From contig CAYPYG010000007.1 in NCBI GenBank assembly GCA_964415175.1, positions 10,869-74,868 on the forward strand: DNA of 64,000 bases, written 5' to 3'. The translations under genes and the position numbers were made by a program. Numbering within the stretch: position 1 is the first letter of the stretch; every line of letters begins with the position of its first letter. Shown here piece by piece: positions 25,849 through 34,877 of this stretch. The stretch is from an uncultured Elusimicrobiaceae bacterium (GTDB lineage Bacteria; Elusimicrobiota; Elusimicrobia; Elusimicrobiales; UBA9959). The notes beneath the pieces are model-generated. The model was given only the letters and a program-made list of their open reading frames with translations, was not told the origin of the DNA and searched no databases.

Positions 25849-27050
25849 ACCCGGTCACGCTCGTCTTCCTTTCGACCAGGGAGAATATCTACAGCCTGGC
25901 GGCGCTCGCGGGCGCCCTCGAGGGGCTGCCGGACGGGAACTTCGGCCTGCGCTTCGCCGAAGACGTGCCCTCGCTGCTCTTCGAGACCGCCGCCGCGCTG
26001 GCGGCCGGCGAGACCGCCGTCGCCGCCCTTTCCTTTTCCAGCATGTCCGCCCCCGCGGCGGCCGCGGCGGCCGCGGCGATGAGCGGGACCTTCGGCAGAA
26101 AGGCCCTGCTGATCGCCGGAGGCCCTCACCCTTCGGGCGACCCTTCCGGCACTCTCGGGATGGGCTTCGACTTCGTCTTCAGGGGGGAAGCGGAGGACAC
26201 TCTGCCCGCTTTCATCCTCTCGCTGTCGCGGGGGGATATCCCCGACGGCAGGGTGATCTCGCCGGCCGCGCCGGCCGACCTGGACGCCTTTCCGCCCGGC
26301 TCGCTGCGCCGGAACCGTTTCGCCCCGGTGGAGATAACGCGCGGCTGCCCCTACGCCTGCGCGTATTGCCAGACCTCCTTCCTCTTCGGGGCCAGGCAGC
26401 GCCACCGCTCGGTCGGCAAGGTCCGCGACTGGCTGGGAAAGATGAGCGCTCTCGGGATGCGCGACCACCGTTTTATAAGCCCCGACGCCTTCTCGTACGG
26501 GTCTCCCGACGGCAGGAAGCCCGACCTGACGGCCCTGGAGGACCTGCTCAGGGCGGCGCGCGAAGCGGCGGGCCCGGGCGGCAGGGTATTCCTGGGCTCT
26601 TTCCCGTCCGAGGTGCGCCCCGACCATGTCACGCGGGAGACCGTCGGCCTGCTCAAGGCCTACGCCGACAACCGCGCGCTTATCATAGGGGCCCAGACGG
26701 GCAGCGACCGCCTGCTGGAGGAACTCGGGCGCGGCCATGACGCCGCCGCCGTACTGCGGGCCGCCCGCCTCTGCGCCTCCAGCGGCATAAAGCCCGTGGT
26801 GGATTTCATTTTCGGCCTGCCGGGAGAGGTCCCGGCCGACGAAGAAGCGACCATGGCTCTCATCGGCGACCTCCTGCCGCTGGGAGCCAGGATCCACGCC
26901 CATTCGTTCATGCCGCTGCCCGGGACGCCGCTGGCCGGCGCCGAACCGCCGGTCATCACCCCGCGCGTCAGGAAGTTCATAAGTTCCCTCTCTTCGACCG
27001 GGCGGGCGTTCGGCCCCTGGGAGAACCAGGAGCGGACCGCCAGGGACTGA
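25845..27050 (+). CDS. B12-binding-domain / radical SAM protein (TIGR04013, MJ_1487-like)
   Basis: ATG 25845 overlaps the upstream stop. An N-terminal Rossmann-like B12-type domain, then EITRGCPYACAYCQ (CxxxCxxC). The long upstream part of ORF 24837-27050 is run-through. Confidence 0.78.
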   Translation: MNPVTLVFLSTRENIYSLAALAGALEGLPDGNFGLRFAEDVPSLLFETAAALAAGETAVAALSFSSMSAPAAAAAAAAMSGTFGRKALLIAGGPHPSGDPSGTLGMGFDFVFRGEAEDTLPAFILSLSRGDIPDGRVISPAAPADLDAFPPGSLRRNRFAPVEITRGCPYACAYCQTSFLFGARQRHRSVGKVRDWLGKMSALGMRDHRFISPDAFSYGSPDGRKPDLTALEDLLRAAREAAGPGGRVFLGSFPSEVRPDHVTRETVGLLKAYADNRALIIGAQTGSDRLLEELGRGHDAAAVLRAARLCASSGIKPVVDFIFGLPGEVPADEEATMALIGDLLPLGARIHAHSFMPLPGTPLAGAEPPVITPRVRKFISSLSSTGRAFGPWENQERTARD

Positions 27051-27161
27051 GGTCCCTTATGGGCCTTTAGGCCCGCCCGGAGCCTGGGCCCTAAAGCCCT
27101 TAACCGGCCGCCGCTTTTAATGTAAAATATACCCGTAAGCCAAAGTCACGGAGGGGAATAA

Positions 27162-28016
27162 ATGTTCAAACTAGCAGCCGCTATAGCACTGTTTTCCGCG
27201 CCGCTTCAGGCCGCCAACTTCCAGCTCGACGCCGTCACCGCGAATGACGTGACCGCCGCCGAGGTTTCGCTGCCGCAGGCGCAGGAGCCGGAGGCCGCCC
27301 TGGACAAGGCCGGCGTCCTCACCAGCCTTCACCTCATGCCCCAGGCCGTCAGGAGCCGCCTGCTCTCCTTCGGGACCCCGGCCCAGTTCGCCGAGTTCAC
27401 CGCCGTGTGGAACCCGATACTGCAGGAAGCGGGCATGGTCATCGGCGAGGTCACCTACGAGGCCGACATACAGCTGGGCATCGTCAACTACTCCTCCGCC
27501 GATGGACTGGTGCTGCGCCGCCTCATAGCCGACAGGCTCAACTACGACGCGCTCAACCCCACCGAGATGCACAACCTCAAAACGGAGATGGAAGCCGCCC
27601 TCGCGAAGAACGGCCTGCCCGTGAAGGCCTCCTTCTACGTGAAGTCCGACGCGCTGCGCCCGACCTTCGCGCTCTACTACGTGACCAGGGGCGACGAGAA
27701 CGACGACCACGAGAAACAGATGCGCATACTCAAGAAGGGCGAGGATATAGACTACGACCTGCTCGAGAGCGCCGGCGTCAACATAATCCGCAGGGACAAT
27801 TCCTTCACGATGCTCTACATCGGCAAGGAGCTGGGCTTCAAGTCCAAGGTCGCGACCGACGAAGCCTCCGCCGCGCAGAAGCTCGAGGACTACAAGAAGT
27901 TCCTCGCCGAGAACAAGAAGGAGTTCCTGGGGTCCAGGACGCACAAACTGACCGAGCCCTTCACCGTCGGGGAGACGACCTACAACTACCTCCTCAACAT
28001 GTACTTCTACCAGTAG
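27162..28016 (+). CDS. secreted hypothetical protein
   Basis: 284 aa. SD GGAGGGG. Signal peptide MFKLAAAIALFSAPLQA. No family recognised. Confidence 0.6.
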   Translation: MFKLAAAIALFSAPLQAANFQLDAVTANDVTAAEVSLPQAQEPEAALDKAGVLTSLHLMPQAVRSRLLSFGTPAQFAEFTAVWNPILQEAGMVIGEVTYEADIQLGIVNYSSADGLVLRRLIADRLNYDALNPTEMHNLKTEMEAALAKNGLPVKASFYVKSDALRPTFALYYVTRGDENDDHEKQMRILKKGEDIDYDLLESAGVNIIRRDNSFTMLYIGKELGFKSKVATDEASAAQKLEDYKKFLAENKKEFLGSRTHKLTEPFTVGETTYNYLLNMYFYQ

Positions 28017-28034
28017 GACGGGCGTCCGTCCGGG

Positions 28035-28069
28035 AAAAAGGCCCGCCGGGCGACCGGCGGGCCTTTTCA
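28035..28069. terminator. bidirectional intrinsic terminator
   Basis: AAAAAGGCCCGCCGG-GCGA-CCGGCGGGCCTTTTC, a perfect GC stem flanked by A and T runs, between convergent genes. Confidence 0.65.
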
Positions 28070-28089
28070 TTTGCCCGGGCGCTCAGGCG

Positions 28090-29640
28090 CTATTTCAGGC
28101 GCCGTATCCTGCCGCCGGCCGGGGCTTTCAGCGGGCCGGCCGCCAGCGCGTCCTCTATGACGCCGCGCACGGTTCTCATCGTGTCCCGGACGTCGCGTCC
28201 GGCGGAGAACCCGGCGGCGTGATCCCCGCCGCCGGCGAGGTAGCTGTTGGTGGCGACAAGGAAGTCGTCGCCGTCGTTGATCTCTCGGCCGCCGCGCAGC
28301 AGGCGCAGCGACGCGGGGCGCGGCCCGTCGCCCGGGAGGAACTCGACCTCGAAACCGGAGACCTGCATGAAACTGCGGCCGTGTATGATATTGTCGGCCA
28401 TGATGCGTTCGAGGTCCGAGCCGTAAAGGCGCATCGTGACTATCGTGTTCTCGAACGGAAGCGACTGGTAGAGGTCGCGCAGGCGGACTTCCCCTTTGCG
28501 GAGGGGGGCCCTTATCCCCTTGGTATTATGCAGCGCGATATCGGCGCCCGCGGCCTCGCGCGTCAGGTCGCACAGGACATTGCCGAGCGGGGAATCCAGC
28601 CAGCCGGGGTCCTGCGGCAGGTCCTCCGCCGCGCGGCCCAGCACGCGGCTCATCCCGCGTTCCACCTCCGCCCTGAAACCGGCTAGCAGCTTCAGGACGG
28701 CCGGGTCCTCGCCGGTCTCGTCCGTCCAGAGCGGCACCAGTTCAGCCGTCACGTCCTTCAATTCGCCGGTGGTCCCGTCGAAATCAAGCTCGACCCTGGT
28801 CGTATAGGAAAGGCCGTAGCCGCTCTCGCCGAACACCGCGCCGGAGACGGGGTCCCGGTATCCCCGCAGGAGGGCCGTATGATTATGGCCGCCCAGGACC
28901 AGGTCGAAACCGGGCGCATCGCGCGCCACGCGCAGCGTGCCGGGAGGCGCTTCGGCGAAGGTCCAGGTGGAGATGTCCAGCCGCCCGAGGCTGAGCCGTT
29001 CGTCGAGCCCGAGATGCGTCAGCAGGACGACGGCGGAGGGACTGCTGCGGCGTATCTCCGCCAGCCAGCGGGCGGCCTCGGCCGCCTCGTCGCGGAAATC
29101 GAGGGCCGCGACGTTCTGCGGCAGCGTCGAAGTGGCGGTATGACGGCCGGCCAGCCCGAGCACCGCTATCCTTTTGCCGCCGCGCTCCGCCACCGTATAC
29201 GGTTTCAGGTAAGGGGGGGTCGTTCCCGTTCCCTTGATAAAGACATTGGCGCCGAGCACGGGGAAGGCCGCGCTGGAGGCGATGACCTTGAGGGTCCCTT
29301 CGCCGTAATCGTACTCGTGGTTCCCGGGAACGGTCGCGGCGTAGCCCAGCGCGTTCATCAGCTCGACGCTGGCCAGGCCGCGCGTGAGTATTCCCTCGGG
29401 CGTGCCCTGGAACATGTCGCCCGAATCCAGGAGCAGCACGGGGTCCTTTTCTTTCCTGATCCGCGCCGACAGGGCGGCGAAACCGCCGATGAGGCGCGAG
29501 GGCTGGTCGTTGTCCCATTCGGCCGGCCGGGCGGAATACCAGCCGTGCACGTCGCTGGTATGGTAAACGACCACCTTCTCCGCGGCCGCGTACGACGGCA
29601 GCAGGAAGAGGAGCGGCAGGAAGAGGCGCTGTCCTTTCAT
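28090..29640 (-). CDS. bifunctional metallophosphatase / 5'-nucleotidase (UshA-like), secreted
   Basis: 516 aa with a signal peptide. Calcineurin-like motifs TSDVHG, DSGDMFQG, GNHEYD and GGHNH, plus a C-terminal 5'-nucleotidase domain. Confidence 0.88.
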   Translation of the reverse strand: MKGQRLFLPLLFLLPSYAAAEKVVVYHTSDVHGWYSARPAEWDNDQPSRLIGGFAALSARIRKEKDPVLLLDSGDMFQGTPEGILTRGLASVELMNALGYAATVPGNHEYDYGEGTLKVIASSAAFPVLGANVFIKGTGTTPPYLKPYTVAERGGKRIAVLGLAGRHTATSTLPQNVAALDFRDEAAEAARWLAEIRRSSPSAVVLLTHLGLDERLSLGRLDISTWTFAEAPPGTLRVARDAPGFDLVLGGHNHTALLRGYRDPVSGAVFGESGYGLSYTTRVELDFDGTTGELKDVTAELVPLWTDETGEDPAVLKLLAGFRAEVERGMSRVLGRAAEDLPQDPGWLDSPLGNVLCDLTREAAGADIALHNTKGIRAPLRKGEVRLRDLYQSLPFENTIVTMRLYGSDLERIMADNIIHGRSFMQVSGFEVEFLPGDGPRPASLRLLRGGREINDGDDFLVATNSYLAGGGDHAAGFSAGRDVRDTMRTVRGVIEDALAAGPLKAPAGGRIRRLK

Positions 29641-29647
29641 GCGGCGC

Positions 29648-30205
29648 TCACAGCCCCAGCTCGGCCGAGACGCCTTTCATGGCCTCCAGGGCGAGCTCCA
29701 CGAACTGCTCGAGCGTGAGCCCCAGCTTTTCGCATTCCCGTATGGTGTCGCGGTTGACGGAGGCGGCGAAGCGCTTGTCCTTCATCCTCTTTATGACGGA
29801 GGACGGCTTCACCGAAGCCACCTTCTTATCGGGGTAGACCATCGCCGTGGCCATTATCAGGCCGGTCACCGTCTCGCCGGCGGCCAGCGCGGTATGGAAA
29901 GCGTCGGTGCGCGACCGGCCGGGATGGGCGGCCTCGTTGTGCAGCAGCACGGCCTCCACCAGGTCCTCGGGCAGGCCCTTCTCCCGGAGCAGGCGCGCGG
30001 CCTCGTGCGTGTGGCGCAGCATGTCGCCGGCGGTCAGCTCCGCGTCTATATCGTGCAGCAGGCCCGCCAGGGCCCATTTTTCGGGGTCCCGGCCGAGCCG
30101 CGCGGCCAGGGCGCGCAGCACGGCCTCCGAGGCCAGGCAATGCTTTATCATGTTCTCGTTCTTCACGTGCTCGCGGAGGAGCGCGAGGGCTTCGTCCCTG
30201 TTCAT
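29648..30205 (-). CDS. HD/HDIG domain phosphohydrolase
   Basis: 185 aa. H..(30)..LLHDID metal-binding motif. 7 nt upstream of the 5'-nucleotidase gene. Confidence 0.75.
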   Translation of the reverse strand: MNRDEALALLREHVKNENMIKHCLASEAVLRALAARLGRDPEKWALAGLLHDIDAELTAGDMLRHTHEAARLLREKGLPEDLVEAVLLHNEAAHPGRSRTDAFHTALAAGETVTGLIMATAMVYPDKKVASVKPSSVIKRMKDKRFAASVNRDTIRECEKLGLTLEQFVELALEAMKGVSAELGL

Positions 30206-30246
30206 GGTCTCTCCTTGTACCGACGATAAATTATAAAATATATGCG

Positions 30247-31632
30247 ATGAGCGGTCACAGCCCCGACGCGCGGCGGGGAGTCCTCGCGATGACGATGATG
30301 GCGTCCTTCGCCACGCCCTTCACGCTGGGCGCCATCAACATAGCCCTGCCCGCCATGGCGGCCGACCTCGGCCTGACCCCGGCGCAGATGGGCTGGGTCT
30401 CCCTGTCCTTCCTGCTGGCCGCCTGCGCCCTGCTGATCCCGGCGGGCCGCGCCGCGGACATCTACGGCCGCCGCCGCGTCTTCATCATCGGGTATTACGT
30501 CTTCACCGTCGCCTCCGTCCTGTGCGCCCTCTCGGCGACGGGGCCGCTGCTGCTGGCCGCGCGCGTGCTGCAGGGCCTGGGCAGCGCGCTCTTCTTCGGC
30601 ACCAGCGTCGCCATACTGACGGCGGTGACGCCCAAAGAGAGCCGCGGGCGGGCCCTGGGCTGGGTGGCGGCCTCCGTCTACACCGGCCTGACGGCCGGGC
30701 CTTTCCTCGGCGGGCTGCTTTCGGCCGCGCTCGGCTGGCGCGCCGTGTTCTGGGCCAATGTCCCGCTGGGCCTCGTCGTGCTCTTCCTGGCGGCGCGGCT
30801 CCGCGCGGAGTGGAAAGGGCCCGAGGGGGAAAAGCTCGATCTGCCGTCGTCCGCCCTTTACGCCGTCTCGATAGTACTGCTGATGCTGGGCTTCTCGGGG
30901 GCCCTCAAGGCCCTGTCGGCGCCGCTGGCGGCGGCCGGCGCCGCCGGATTGTGGTATTTCATGAAGCGCGAGGCACGGGCCGCCCACCCCGTCTTCCACT
31001 CGGAGCTCCTGTTCGACAACCCCGTCTACGCCTGGTCCTCGTTCACGGCCCTGCTCAATTACTCCGCCAGTTTCGCCGTCGGCTTCATACTGAGCCTCTA
31101 CCTCCAGTACGCCCGGGGCCTGGGCCCGGTGCAGGCGGGACTGCTGCTGGCCGTGCAGCCGGTCTTCATGGCCGTCTTCTCGCCGCTGGCGGGCCGGCTC
31201 TCCGACCGGCGCGACCCGGGAGAACTGGCCTCGGCCGGCATGGGAGTCACCGCCGCCGGCATACTGATGTTCGCGATCGCCGGGCCGTCCACGCCGGTGC
31301 CCTACCTGGCGCTGGCCCTGGCCGTGCTGGGTTTCGGCCTGGCGCTCTTTTCCTCGCCCAATACCAACGCGGCGATGAGCGCGGTGGAGCCGCGGCGCTA
31401 CTCCGTGGCCTACGCCGCGCTGTCCACCATGCGCCTCGCCGGCCAGATGTTCAGCATGGCGCTGGTACTGCTCATTTTCTCGATGGTGCTGGGCAAGACG
31501 CGCCTGGGACCCGGCGACGCGGCGGGACTGCTGACCTCCATGCGCCTGGCCGTCGTACTTTTCTCCGCAATGGCCGCGGCCGGGATCTTCACCTCCCTGC
31601 GCCGGAAGCGCGCGGCGCCGGCCCGGGCCTGA
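30247..31632 (+). CDS. MFS transporter (DHA2/EmrB-like, about 14 TM)
   Basis: 461 aa. The GRAADIYGRRRVF motif A and many TM spans. Confidence 0.85.
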   Translation: MSGHSPDARRGVLAMTMMASFATPFTLGAINIALPAMAADLGLTPAQMGWVSLSFLLAACALLIPAGRAADIYGRRRVFIIGYYVFTVASVLCALSATGPLLLAARVLQGLGSALFFGTSVAILTAVTPKESRGRALGWVAASVYTGLTAGPFLGGLLSAALGWRAVFWANVPLGLVVLFLAARLRAEWKGPEGEKLDLPSSALYAVSIVLLMLGFSGALKALSAPLAAAGAAGLWYFMKREARAAHPVFHSELLFDNPVYAWSSFTALLNYSASFAVGFILSLYLQYARGLGPVQAGLLLAVQPVFMAVFSPLAGRLSDRRDPGELASAGMGVTAAGILMFAIAGPSTPVPYLALALAVLGFGLALFSSPNTNAAMSAVEPRRYSVAYAALSTMRLAGQMFSMALVLLIFSMVLGKTRLGPGDAAGLLTSMRLAVVLFSAMAAAGIFTSLRRKRAAPARA

Positions 31633-31671
31633 ACCCGGACCCGAGGGGAAGACGAACGGGGGGAGGCGCCG

Positions 31672-33072
31672 CTAGAATTCGGCGTAGCCGGGAACGCGCG
31701 GGTAGGCGGTCACGTCGCGGATATTGGCTATGCCGGTGACCAGCATCATCATCCGCTCGAAACCCAGACCGAAGCCGGAGTGCGGCACGCTGCCGAAGCG
31801 GCGCAGGTCCAGGTACCACCAGTAATCCTCTTTCCTTATACCGGCGTCGGACATCTTGCGCTCCAGCACGTCCAGCCGGTTCTCGCGCTCGCTGCCGCCG
31901 ATGAGCTCGCCTATGCGCGGGACCAGGAGGTCCATGCCGCGCACGGTCTTTTCGTCGTCGTTGAGCTTCATGTAGAAGGCGGCGACGGTCTTCGGTTTGT
32001 TGTAGAGGATGACGGGCTTCTTGAAATGTTTTTCGACCAGGAAGCGCTCGTGCTCGGAGGCCAGGTCGACGCCCCAGCCGACCTTGTTCTCGAAGCGGGC
32101 GTTCTCGGGCTCGAGTATCTTCACCGCGTCGGTGTAGGCCAGGCGCTCGTAGGAGTTCTCCGTCACGCTGCGCAGGTTGTCCATCAGCGCCGGCTCGACG
32201 AACCTGGCGAACAGCTCCAGGTCGGCGGCGCAATGCTCCAGCACGTGGCGCGTGATGCTCTTCACGAAGTCCTCGGCCAGGTCCATGTCGTCGTGCAGGT
32301 CGTAGAAGGCCATCTCAGGTTCGACCATCCAGAATTCCGCGGCGTGACGGTAGGTGTTCGAGTTCTCCGCCCGGAAAGTGGGGCCGAAGGTGTAGATCTT
32401 GCCCAGAGCGGTCGCGAGCGTCTCGCCCTCCATCTGGCCGGAAACGGTAAGCGCGGTCTTGCGGCCGAAGAGGTCCCTGGAAAAATCTATCTCGCCCTGC
32501 GGCGTGCGGGGAAGCTCCGCGGCCTTCGTCAGGTCCAGGCTCGTCACCGAGAACATCTGGCCCGCGCCCTCGCAGTCGGAAGCGGTTATGATCGGGGTGT
32601 GCACGTAGAAGAAGCCGTTGCGGCGGAAATAGTCGTGTATGGCGAAGGAGAGTTCGGCGCGGACGCGCAGCATGGCCGCGTACTTGTTGGTGCGCGGGCG
32701 CAGATGCGCGACGGTGCGCAGGAACTCGTCGGAGGTCTTCTTCTTCTGTATCGGGTATTTCTCGGCGTCGCAGTCGCCGTAGATCTCGAGCTTCGAGACC
32801 TTGAGCTCGTACTTCTGGCCGGCGCCGGGGGAAGCGACCAGGTCTCCCTCGGCCCGCACGGCGGCGCCCACGGTCAGGCGGGGCAGCAGCTCCGCCAGGC
32901 CCGGCGCCGACGGCTCGATCAGCAGCTGCAGGCTGGCGCGGCAGGAGCCGTCGTTGAGTTCGGCGAAGGAGAGCGCCTTGGAATCGCGGCGGGTCTTTAT
33001 CCAGCCCTGGGCGGCCGCGCCCGGGCGGGGGGAATCGGAGGAGAGCAGTTCTTTTACGGTGGGGGTCTTCAT
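31672..33072 (-). CDS. asnS: asparagine--tRNA ligase
   Basis: Start at MKTPTVKELL (ATG 33072). GWIKTRRDSKALSFAELNDGS, FRAENSNT.RH..EFWM.E.E and GGSERE motifs. 467 aa. The upstream part of ORF 31672-33405 is run-through. Confidence 0.93.
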   Translation of the reverse strand: MKTPTVKELLSSDSPRPGAAAQGWIKTRRDSKALSFAELNDGSCRASLQLLIEPSAPGLAELLPRLTVGAAVRAEGDLVASPGAGQKYELKVSKLEIYGDCDAEKYPIQKKKTSDEFLRTVAHLRPRTNKYAAMLRVRAELSFAIHDYFRRNGFFYVHTPIITASDCEGAGQMFSVTSLDLTKAAELPRTPQGEIDFSRDLFGRKTALTVSGQMEGETLATALGKIYTFGPTFRAENSNTYRHAAEFWMVEPEMAFYDLHDDMDLAEDFVKSITRHVLEHCAADLELFARFVEPALMDNLRSVTENSYERLAYTDAVKILEPENARFENKVGWGVDLASEHERFLVEKHFKKPVILYNKPKTVAAFYMKLNDDEKTVRGMDLLVPRIGELIGGSERENRLDVLERKMSDAGIRKEDYWWYLDLRRFGSVPHSGFGLGFERMMMLVTGIANIRDVTAYPRVPGYAEF

Positions 33073-33077
33073 CCCGG

Positions 33078-33605
33078 TCACTTCTTCTTCTTTTGCGGCG
33101 GCGGCGGGACCTTGCCCACCGAGACCAGCTCCAGTTCGCAGGTCTTGTCCTCGGCGGAATACTCCTCCAGGATATACCCGGTGCCGGGGGCGTAGTAACG
33201 CACGGCCTTGCCCGAATCGCCGCCCGAGAGCTGCGAGACCACCTTCATGCACTTTTCGAACTTGCCGGCCTTTATCGAGACCTTGTCGGAAAGCGAGACT
33301 ATCTCGTTGGCGTCCGGATGCTCGTCCCACTTGACGCCCTCTCTGGGCGGCAGGGGGAACTCGCGGCGGCCGCCGATTATGACGCCGTCGGCCGTGGTCA
33401 GCCACTTGGCGTCGCGGGTGATATTGTACTCGGTGACGTGGGTGTCGCGCAGTTCGAAGGTCATGCGTGCCTGGGCGACGGTCTTGCCGGCTTTTTTGGC
33501 CACCTTGAGTATGTCTATGAAGACTTTGGCCACGCCTTCGAACTCGGTGCTCTTATAGCGGTACTCGTAGCGGACGTTCTCTTTGAGGGGGAAATAATCG
33601 GCCAT
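33078..33605 (-). CDS. hypothetical protein (C-terminal PPPPQKKKK tail)
   Basis: 175-aa ORF with plausible composition, 5 nt upstream of asnS. No family recognised. Confidence 0.55.
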   Translation of the reverse strand: MADYFPLKENVRYEYRYKSTEFEGVAKVFIDILKVAKKAGKTVAQARMTFELRDTHVTEYNITRDAKWLTTADGVIIGGRREFPLPPREGVKWDEHPDANEIVSLSDKVSIKAGKFEKCMKVVSQLSGGDSGKAVRYYAPGTGYILEEYSAEDKTCELELVSVGKVPPPPQKKKK

Positions 33606-33696
33606 AAGGTCTCCTGTGCGCGGCTTTTTTTATCCGCGTATAATTTTACAAATTATGAGGGGAGAAATTACCTGAAAACCGCGGCGCGGCCCGCTT

Positions 33697-33743
33697 CACG
33701 TCCAAAAAAATAGCCCCTTTCGGGGCTAAATTTTTTGGACGTG
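33697..33743 (-). terminator. intrinsic terminator with an extended stem
   Basis: The core hairpin TAGCCCC-GAAA-GGGGCTA (33711-33728) is followed by a T-run on the minus strand. The flanking CACGTCCAAAAAA / TTTTTTGGACGTG arms extend the inverted repeat to about 20 bp. Confidence 0.6.
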
Positions 33744-33816
33744 ACAGGGATCGAACCTGCGACCTCTTCCTTGCTCACTCGCGTCCGGCGGCCTGCTGGC
33801 CGCCGGCGCCTCGTCC
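33736..33816 (-). ncRNA. tRNA-Ala-derived tRNA-like element (acceptor + T-arm + one long GC hairpin; not a canonical cloverleaf)
   Basis: 81 nt, GGACGAG..GCAGGTTCGATCCCTGTCACGTCCA. The 3' 39 nt are 32/39 identical to the adjacent tRNA-Ala, with compensatory T-stem changes. The D and anticodon arms are replaced by a CCGGCGGCC-AGCA-GGCCGCCGG hairpin. No CCA is encoded. Confidence 0.5.
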
Positions 33817-33831
33817 GAGGCTCTTGAAATC

Positions 33832-33907
<76 letters not shown>

Positions 33908-33918
33908 GTAATCGGGTA

Positions 33919-34869
33919 CTACCAGTCTATACCGGCCTCTTTGGCCGCGGCCTCCACGCGCTTCTTGGCCTTGAGATGCTCTTTGAAACTGACATTGAAC
34001 ACGTGCTTGCCCTGCCTGTCGGCCACGAAATAGAGCGCGTCTATATTGGCCGGCTTGAGCACGGCTTCCACCGAGGCCTTGCCCGGGCTGCATATCGGTC
34101 CCGGCGGAAGGCCCCTGGCGTAATACGTATTGTACGGCGAAGGGGTACGGAGGTCCTTGTAGGAGAGCCTCTTCTTCCAGTAGCCCAGCGCGTACTGCGT
34201 GGTCGGGTCGGCTTCCAGCGGCATCCTCCTCTTTATGCGGTTCAGGTACACCGCGGCTATCAGGGGACGTTCGCTGGTCACCACCGCCTCGCGCTCCACG
34301 ATGGAGGCGATGATCAGGACTTTCTTTTCGTCCAGACCCGGCGGGAACCCTTCAGAGAACAAAGGCCTTATCTGCCTGTCGAATTCAGATTTTAGCAAAT
34401 TTAGCACGTCCTGCGCAGGCTGCCCCTTCTTGAAACTGTAGGTCGAAGGGAAAAGATAGCCCTCCAGTTCCCGGGCTTTGGCCAGTTTTACGAACTCTTC
34501 CCCGGAGGTGACGCCGTTGGCCTCCAGGCGCTCGGCGACCTGCTCCAGGCGCCAGCCTTCGGGGATCACTATCTTCACGTCGGAGATATAGGGCGTGTTG
34601 ATCAGCCGCCAGAGCACCTCTTCCGACGAGGCGCCGCGGCGGAACGAGTATTCGCCCGGCATTATGCGCTTGTCGGTGCCGGTAAGGCGGACCAGGACCT
34701 TGAACCAGGTCGAACTGCGGATGGCGCCCGAGGACTTGAGCTGTTCCGCTATCTGCGAGGCGCCGGAGCCCTCTTTGATGACCACCTCGACCTGGTCTCC
34801 CGGCCAGAAAAAGTAAAGGGCCAGGAGCAGCAGGAACGCGGCCGCGGCGGTGAATATTCTCTTTGCCAT
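33919..34869 (-). CDS. mltG: endolytic murein transglycosylase MltG (YceG-like)
   Basis: 316 aa. An N-terminal TM, with the YceG motifs [22 protein letters not shown] and SPYNTY..GLPPGPI. Confidence 0.88.
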   Translation of the reverse strand: MAKRIFTAAAAFLLLLALYFFWPGDQVEVVIKEGSGASQIAEQLKSSGAIRSSTWFKVLVRLTGTDKRIMPGEYSFRRGASSEEVLWRLINTPYISDVKIVIPEGWRLEQVAERLEANGVTSGEEFVKLAKARELEGYLFPSTYSFKKGQPAQDVLNLLKSEFDRQIRPLFSEGFPPGLDEKKVLIIASIVEREAVVTSERPLIAAVYLNRIKRRMPLEADPTTQYALGYWKKRLSYKDLRTPSPYNTYYARGLPPGPICSPGKASVEAVLKPANIDALYFVADRQGKHVFNVSFKEHLKAKKRVEAAAKEAGIDW

Positions 34870-34877
34870 GTCGTTCT

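Noticed and set aside
33736-33816. The tRNA-like element interpreted as tmRNA, tRNA-Sec, or an att-site remnant of an integrated element
   Set aside because: It is not tmRNA: no 5' acceptor partner at a distance, no tag reading frame, and it is only 81 nt, directly abutting tRNA-Ala. It is not tRNA-Sec: there is no UCA anticodon loop, no 8-bp acceptor and no long variable arm. An att remnant is unlikely because no integrase or foreign genes flank it, and the T-stem differences are compensatory rather than an exact duplicated 3' tRNA segment.
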